Below, in pieces: positions 59,170 through 64,000 of a DNA stretch of 64,000 nt. Where the stretch lies: sequence record ON184125; one strand, given 5' to 3'. A program made the position numbers and the translations under genes. A model generated the notes under the pieces. That model saw only the letters and a program-made list of their open reading frames with translations. It ran no database searches and was not told where the DNA came from. Numbering within the stretch: the first letter of the stretch is position 1; every line of letters starts with the position of its first letter. The DNA comes from Escherichia phage PC3.

Positions 59170-59534
59170 TCCGGAGCCTCACTGGATTGATTAAATGTCT
59201 CCGTTATTATATTGGGAGTATGTTTATTGAATATAAACACAGGAATGACCAATAAAATAATGACAGTGATTATTAATAGGTAAAAACTACTTTTCTATAA
59301 CATCAAGAAACTGTATCCTAACGCAGTGCCCTTCGAGTTGTGAGTGTTAACGAACAACGAGAAGCAGCCTCCATGGCTGTGGAATGGTGCTGCCCGCACA
59401 GGGCGGTGTTACGAGCGAGGGCGTCAGCCCCCTCGCGAGTTATATTCGAATAAATTAAACGCGCGCGAGCGTTTTGATTCCCGTTGGCTAAATATCTTCA
59501 ACACCATATTCAAACTCAGGTGATGGAGATTATC

Positions 59535-61313
59535 ATGGCCACGCAAACAGTCCCTTCACTCGATGTCAGGGCTTTCGAGTATCTTATCAAGAAGCGCATG
59601 AAAGCTGATCCAACTTTCAAGGATTATGACTTTGAAGGTTCTGGTCTCAGTGCAATCGTGCGTATCTTGGCCTCGGATGCCAACTCTATCGGGTTCATGC
59701 AGAACATGCTGAATGGCGAAAGCCATCTTCACTCTGCTCAACAGCGTTCTAATGTCGGTCTGGCGGCGGGGTTCTTGTCTTACACCCCTCACAACTACCA
59801 GGCAGCGTTCCTGTACGCAAACGTCACAGTCACTCCATATGACGCCAGCACGGCTCCAGACACGATTGTAATGGATCGCCGCGCGATGTTCATTGGGGTG
59901 AAAGATGGCAAATCCTATAACTTCACGGTTGACCAACCTGTGAGCGCCTCTCTTGTAGACGGCTCTTACAAGTTCGAGAACATCAAACTCATACAGGGTA
60001 ACTGGCTGTACAAGTCCTATGATGTGGAAGGCAGCGCGATCTCTACCTATGTGATCCCATCTTCTTCCGTGGACATCGACCATATGGTGGTGCAGGTGCA
60101 GGAATCTGAGACATCTGACGTGCGGTCTACCTTCTCACGATATGTCAGCCCGTTCGATTTGAGCCAGTATGCGCAACTCTACTTCGTTGAGCTGGGGTTG
60201 GACGGGTTGTACACGTTCGAATTCGGTGATGGGTATATCTGTAAGCGAGTAGAAGACGGGAACGTCGTGTACCTCCAGTATCTGGAGACAGCTGGTGCAG
60301 ACGGCAATGACATCACTGCCTTGTCCTCCGCGTCTTCCATCGGGGGATTCAACCTTGTAGATGTTGAGCTGGTGTCAGAACGTTCTTCTGGTGGTAAGGA
60401 CCCAGAGAGCATTGAGGACATCAAGCGCCTTGCTCCGCTGGCTTATCAGGCTGAGGGTGCGGCGGTGGCCGAAGTCGATTATGCTGTGTTGACCGAGCGT
60501 CTGTTCTCCAACGTCTCCCGCGCCAAAGCATATGGCGGCGACACGCTCTCTCCGCCCGACTCCGGATACGTTTACATTGCTGTGATACCTTCTGTTGGTG
60601 AGGCGCTCTCGGACGCTGAGAAGGCAGATATCGTGGCGACGTTAGACAAGTACAATGTGGGCACGATCACACCCAAGATTGTCGACGCTGAACTGACTTA
60701 TGTTGATGTCACCACCCGCGTGTTCTGGGATCCGACTTCCACGTCCTATACCGAAGAGCAGTTGAAGACAGTCGTGAAGAACGGTGTTGTCAACTGGGGC
60801 TTGGGGAACCTAGAAGGATTCGACGAACTGTTCGATAAAGAGCAGTTACAGTCGGCCATCACCGACATGGACAGATCGATAGTGTCAAACATCACTTCTG
60901 TGAAGTACAAGCGCCATTTCAAGCCAGACTATGGGGTACTGGACAGCTTCACGTTCGATTATGGGCGCTCGATTGCGTCTGGTTCTGTGCGTATCAGTGG
61001 GTTTAAGCCGCTTCCGGCCGAGGTCGACTTCACTTACTACATGCGCGACGTCAGTGGTGTCCTGAATATGTACAAGGTGAGTACAACAGACACGACCAAG
61101 GAATATCTGGTACAAGCTGTTGGAACAGTTGATTATATGACTGGCGTTGTTGAACTCCAGCGTATCATAGTATCCAACTACAACACTGAGGGTATGACAA
61201 TAATTGTGTCTCCAGACGGTCTTGACCAGAACATTCAGGCCACACAGAATCAGGTGCTCCGCATCGGTGCTGTAACTGTGGAGCCGGAGGTGCGTTATGT
61301 CCAAAGATCTTAA
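59535..61313 (+). CDS. baseplate wedge protein (gp6 / baseplate J-like candidate)
   Basis: 592 aa from ATG 59535 with GGAG RBS; size and position before tail-fibre genes fit a myovirus baseplate wedge subunit; family call by context. Confidence 0.45.
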   Translation: MATQTVPSLDVRAFEYLIKKRMKADPTFKDYDFEGSGLSAIVRILASDANSIGFMQNMLNGESHLHSAQQRSNVGLAAGFLSYTPHNYQAAFLYANVTVTPYDASTAPDTIVMDRRAMFIGVKDGKSYNFTVDQPVSASLVDGSYKFENIKLIQGNWLYKSYDVEGSAISTYVIPSSSVDIDHMVVQVQESETSDVRSTFSRYVSPFDLSQYAQLYFVELGLDGLYTFEFGDGYICKRVEDGNVVYLQYLETAGADGNDITALSSASSIGGFNLVDVELVSERSSGGKDPESIEDIKRLAPLAYQAEGAAVAEVDYAVLTERLFSNVSRAKAYGGDTLSPPDSGYVYIAVIPSVGEALSDAEKADIVATLDKYNVGTITPKIVDAELTYVDVTTRVFWDPTSTSYTEEQLKTVVKNGVVNWGLGNLEGFDELFDKEQLQSAITDMDRSIVSNITSVKYKRHFKPDYGVLDSFTFDYGRSIASGSVRISGFKPLPAEVDFTYYMRDVSGVLNMYKVSTTDTTKEYLVQAVGTVDYMTGVVELQRIIVSNYNTEGMTIIVSPDGLDQNIQATQNQVLRIGAVTVEPEVRYVQRS

Positions 61314-62151
61314 TAACGGACACAATGGGGTGAAATATGAAACCCCATTGTTTTACCAGAATGAATTCCCAGTATTCATCGAGTTTATGGATACGTTCTT
61401 CAACTGGTTGTATCGCCAGCAGGGATTCACCGAAGAGGAGATCTTGGCGTATCTGGCAGACACTGGTGGTTGGGTGAACCCAAATACGGATCAGTCTCCT
61501 ATTGAGCAGTTGATTGACATCAAGAAGCGCAAGACGCCAGGTACTGAGGCCAAAGACTTCTTGGAAGACAAGTTCCTGAAGCGCACGTTTGAGAACATGA
61601 TGGCGCTAGATTTCGAAGATTTGCTGGACGTGGACGGTCGGCTATTAATCTCAATGGAAGACAAGAACGAACGCATCGACGATTGGTATGCTGATTTTGG
61701 ATTCCAGAGAACGGTTGATAAGTCCTTCCTGGAGTTCGGGAAGTTTGTGCCAGTTGGTTCGGACAGTTTAGTGACTTCAGACGGAGACACACTCTCTGTA
61801 TATGTCGAGGGAACTGAACGCCGGACACTGGACCATGTACGCTGGTTGAAGTTGCTTAAACACATTTATCGCATTCGCGGGACGAAGAAAGCGATTGAAT
61901 TGTTCTTCTGGATTTACTTTGGTTGCCCAGTGAGTGTGTATTATCCCAAGGAAGCAATTGGTGGCCTAGATGACAACTTTGAATGTGACGGCGCGACAGG
62001 AATGCGTGACGATTACTACTATGATGAATTCACGTATGTGATAAGAGTTCCTGGCAACGTATCTGATTTTGAAGGTGTGTTTGATCGCGTCTTCCGTCAG
62101 CATTTCCATCCTGCTGGGTTTACTGTATTCCTAGAAAGTTCAAGGAGTTAA
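61297..62151 (+). CDS. baseplate/tail-associated protein (hypothetical)
   Basis: 284-aa ORF overlapping the upstream gene end within a structural operon. Confidence 0.45.
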   Translation: MSKDLNNGHNGVKYETPLFYQNEFPVFIEFMDTFFNWLYRQQGFTEEEILAYLADTGGWVNPNTDQSPIEQLIDIKKRKTPGTEAKDFLEDKFLKRTFENMMALDFEDLLDVDGRLLISMEDKNERIDDWYADFGFQRTVDKSFLEFGKFVPVGSDSLVTSDGDTLSVYVEGTERRTLDHVRWLKLLKHIYRIRGTKKAIELFFWIYFGCPVSVYYPKEAIGGLDDNFECDGATGMRDDYYYDEFTYVIRVPGNVSDFEGVFDRVFRQHFHPAGFTVFLESSRS

Positions 62152-62153
62152 AA

Positions 62154-63344
62154 ATGGCCGATTTTCTGAGTCGATACACAGGTCAGCAGATTGATGCAAT
62201 CCTTTCTTCTGTTGACGATAAGATAAGCAAGACTGATGTTATCAACGATTTCGCTGTTGATGATCCGTTGTTCCCTCCTTCGGCTCATTTGACATACGAG
62301 CTGAAGCGTTCTGTGGATAATATCTACGACACACTGGAAAACAAAGTGATCCGTACCGACGGTGGTGAACAAACGATCAACGGGAACAAGACTTTTGCTG
62401 CGTTGTTGACCGCCAACGGCGGCCTGACTGTTCCGGCTGGAAAGAAACTGTCTATCATGGATGAACCTATGGTAGCGACAGATGGTGTTAACCTGAGCAT
62501 GTTGAGAAAGCATGGTGTCAGTGAAGACACTACCCCACCTGGTTCTGGTTTGGCTGGGGAGTTGTTGGCATCCGGATATTACAAATTCAATTTGGATTTC
62601 ACCAGATTGTCTGCGTATACCGGATCAACGATGCCGACTTCAATTCCAGTACAAACAGATTCTGGAGCGCGTTATTGGACAATGACTGCATTTTTTGATG
62701 CGTTGTTTGCAGATAACCGATTTAATGGATATGTGACAACGACAGCGTATGACGCAGATATGCTGAGTCTAGAGTCCCAGATTAATAACATCAACACGTC
62801 GTTGAACGGGAAAGTCAACACATCGACTTACAACACGAAGATGGCGTCGTTGGATTTGAGCATCTCCAATATCAATACGTCTCTGGGTAATAAAGTCGAG
62901 GTCAGCACGTACAACACGAAGATGGCATCTCTGGATAACAGCATCAGTTCTCTTTCCAGTGATAAAGTTAATGTATCAACGTATAATGCCAAGATGACCT
63001 CTGTCGACAATAGTTTAGGGAACGCCGTTTATCGTACCAAAACGAATTTGTCTTCTTACACGGTTTCGGCTTCTGGGACGACGGCTCTTCCAGATTTTGA
63101 TTTGGTGAACCTTTGTCAAATACTGGTGACCGCGCAATGGGGAACAGGTAACGTTGTTGATACATATCGAGTAACCATAACTCGCGACGGAACGATCAAA
63201 TCGGAGTTGTTAGTTCAGAAGTCCACTTCTGGTACAGTGACGTTCACAGGGGCTGTGGTGGGTGGTAAATTGAGAATTTCCGTTGTTAATGCGAATACGA
63301 CGACTGCGTGCTCCGTTGACTACAATCTAGTCGCTTCTTTCTAA
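62154..63344 (+). CDS. tail fibre protein with internal tandem repeats
   Basis: N-terminal YTGQQIDAIL typical of tail-fibre N-termini; three ~28-aa repeats INTSLNGKV..STYNTKMASLD. Confidence 0.55.
   Translation: MADFLSRYTGQQIDAILSSVDDKISKTDVINDFAVDDPLFPPSAHLTYELKRSVDNIYDTLENKVIRTDGGEQTINGNKTFAALLTANGGLTVPAGKKLSIMDEPMVATDGVNLSMLRKHGVSEDTTPPGSGLAGELLASGYYKFNLDFTRLSAYTGSTMPTSIPVQTDSGARYWTMTAFFDALFADNRFNGYVTTTAYDADMLSLESQINNINTSLNGKVNTSTYNTKMASLDLSISNINTSLGNKVEVSTYNTKMASLDNSISSLSSDKVNVSTYNAKMTSVDNSLGNAVYRTKTNLSSYTVSASGTTALPDFDLVNLCQILVTAQWGTGNVVDTYRVTITRDGTIKSELLVQKSTSGTVTFTGAVVGGKLRISVVNANTTTACSVDYNLVASF
62781..63010 (+). repeat. ~84-bp imperfect tandem repeats (about 3 copies) inside the tail-fibre gene
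   Basis: Near-identical DNA blocks ...ATCAA(C/T)ACGTC...ACAACACGAAGATGGC(G/A)TC...TGGAT at 62787 and 62871, with a third degenerate copy. Confidence 0.6.
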
Positions 63345-63396
63345 AGTGAAAACTAAATACCCCTAGATGAAACGAACACATTTAGGGGTATTTGAA

Positions 63397-64000
63397 ATGG
63401 CTAATAAACCAACACAGCCTGTTTTCCCTCTCGGTCTGGTGGCTGAAGAGCAGTCTACTTTGGCTGGTGTCGTCAACACGGGTACGATTGAGCATGGACC
63501 AGATGCTGTCCTGACTTTACCCGAGGGTAATGCCAGCGCAGGACTCCCGTCTTCCGTTCGCTACAATGCCGACTCCGACGAATTTGAGGGCTTCTATGAA
63601 AATGGTGGATGGTTGCCGCTGGGTGGCGGTGGTATCCGCTGGGAAGTCCTTCCGCATGCCTCTACGGTAACGCTCACTGAAGGGCGAGGCTATCTCATTA
63701 ATAATACCACAGGGGCATCTACAGTGGTTCTCCCTTCCCCTACGCGTATTGGGGATTCCGTTACTATTTGTGATGCTTATGGGAAATTTGCCACTTACCC
63801 ATTGACTGTGTCTCCTTCTGGAAATAATTTGTATGGCTCCACTGAAGACATGGCTATAACAACTGATAACGTATCAGCAACGTTCACTTGGTCTGGACCT
63901 GAACAAGGTTGGATTATTACATCCGGCGTCGGTCTTGGCCAAGGTCGCGTCTACAGTCGTGAAATCTTTACAAAAATTTTGGCGTCTGAAACAAGTTCTG
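63397..64000 (+). CDS. tailspike/tail-fibre protein, N-terminal anchor domain (partial, runs off window end)
   Basis: Open frame from ATG 63397 to the window end; SSVRYNADSDEFEGFYENGGWLPLGGGGIRWE resembles the conserved N-terminal domain of tailspikes in ViI-like phages, from memory. Confidence 0.6.
   Translation, partial: MANKPTQPVFPLGLVAEEQSTLAGVVNTGTIEHGPDAVLTLPEGNASAGLPSSVRYNADSDEFEGFYENGGWLPLGGGGIRWEVLPHASTVTLTEGRGYLINNTTGASTVVLPSPTRIGDSVTICDAYGKFATYPLTVSPSGNNLYGSTEDMAITTDNVSATFTWSGPEQGWIITSGVGLGQGRVYSREIFTKILASETSS

Noticed and set aside
1-64000. CRISPR arrays, integrase, transposase or other lysogeny/mobile-element markers
   Set aside because: No direct-repeat/spacer arrays and no recombinase or transposase motifs were seen; the only mobile elements supported are homing endonuclease genes and the group I intron

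Overview
This window reads as a densely coded segment of a large virulent dsDNA phage (T4-like replication and nucleotide-metabolism genes, myovirus-type baseplate/tail genes). Early-type genes run on the + strand from 1 to 14 kb: P-loop kinase, thymidylate-synthase-family pyrimidine hydroxymethylase, dNMP kinase, dCTPase-like pyrophosphatase, UvsX recombinase, gp41-type helicase, ATP-dependent DNA ligase and an HNH homing endonuclease. A long minus-strand block follows (14-55 kb) carrying structural proteins, dCMP deaminase, DexA-like exonuclease, a macro-domain protein, both topoisomerase II subunits, an rIIA/rIIB-like pair, a GIY-YIG endonuclease fused to a second P-loop kinase, a family-B DNA polymerase split by a ~465-nt ORF-less group I intron, and a PLP-dependent fold-type-II enzyme. 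An ORF-poor 2.9-kb stretch (55.6-58.5 kb) holds two intact minus-strand tRNAs (Ser-GCU, Met/Ile-CAU) plus tRNA-like fragments. The 3' end encodes baseplate and tail-fibre genes and the N-terminus of a tailspike-like protein. The most interesting content is a candidate DNA base-hypermodification toolkit (hydroxymethylase, two paralogous P-loop kinases, PLP enzyme, two NTP pyrophosphatases), reminiscent from memory of thymidine-hypermodifying ViI-like/Ackermannviridae phages, together with the self-splicing intron and three homing endonucleases. All assignments rest on motif recognition by eye; no database search was run.
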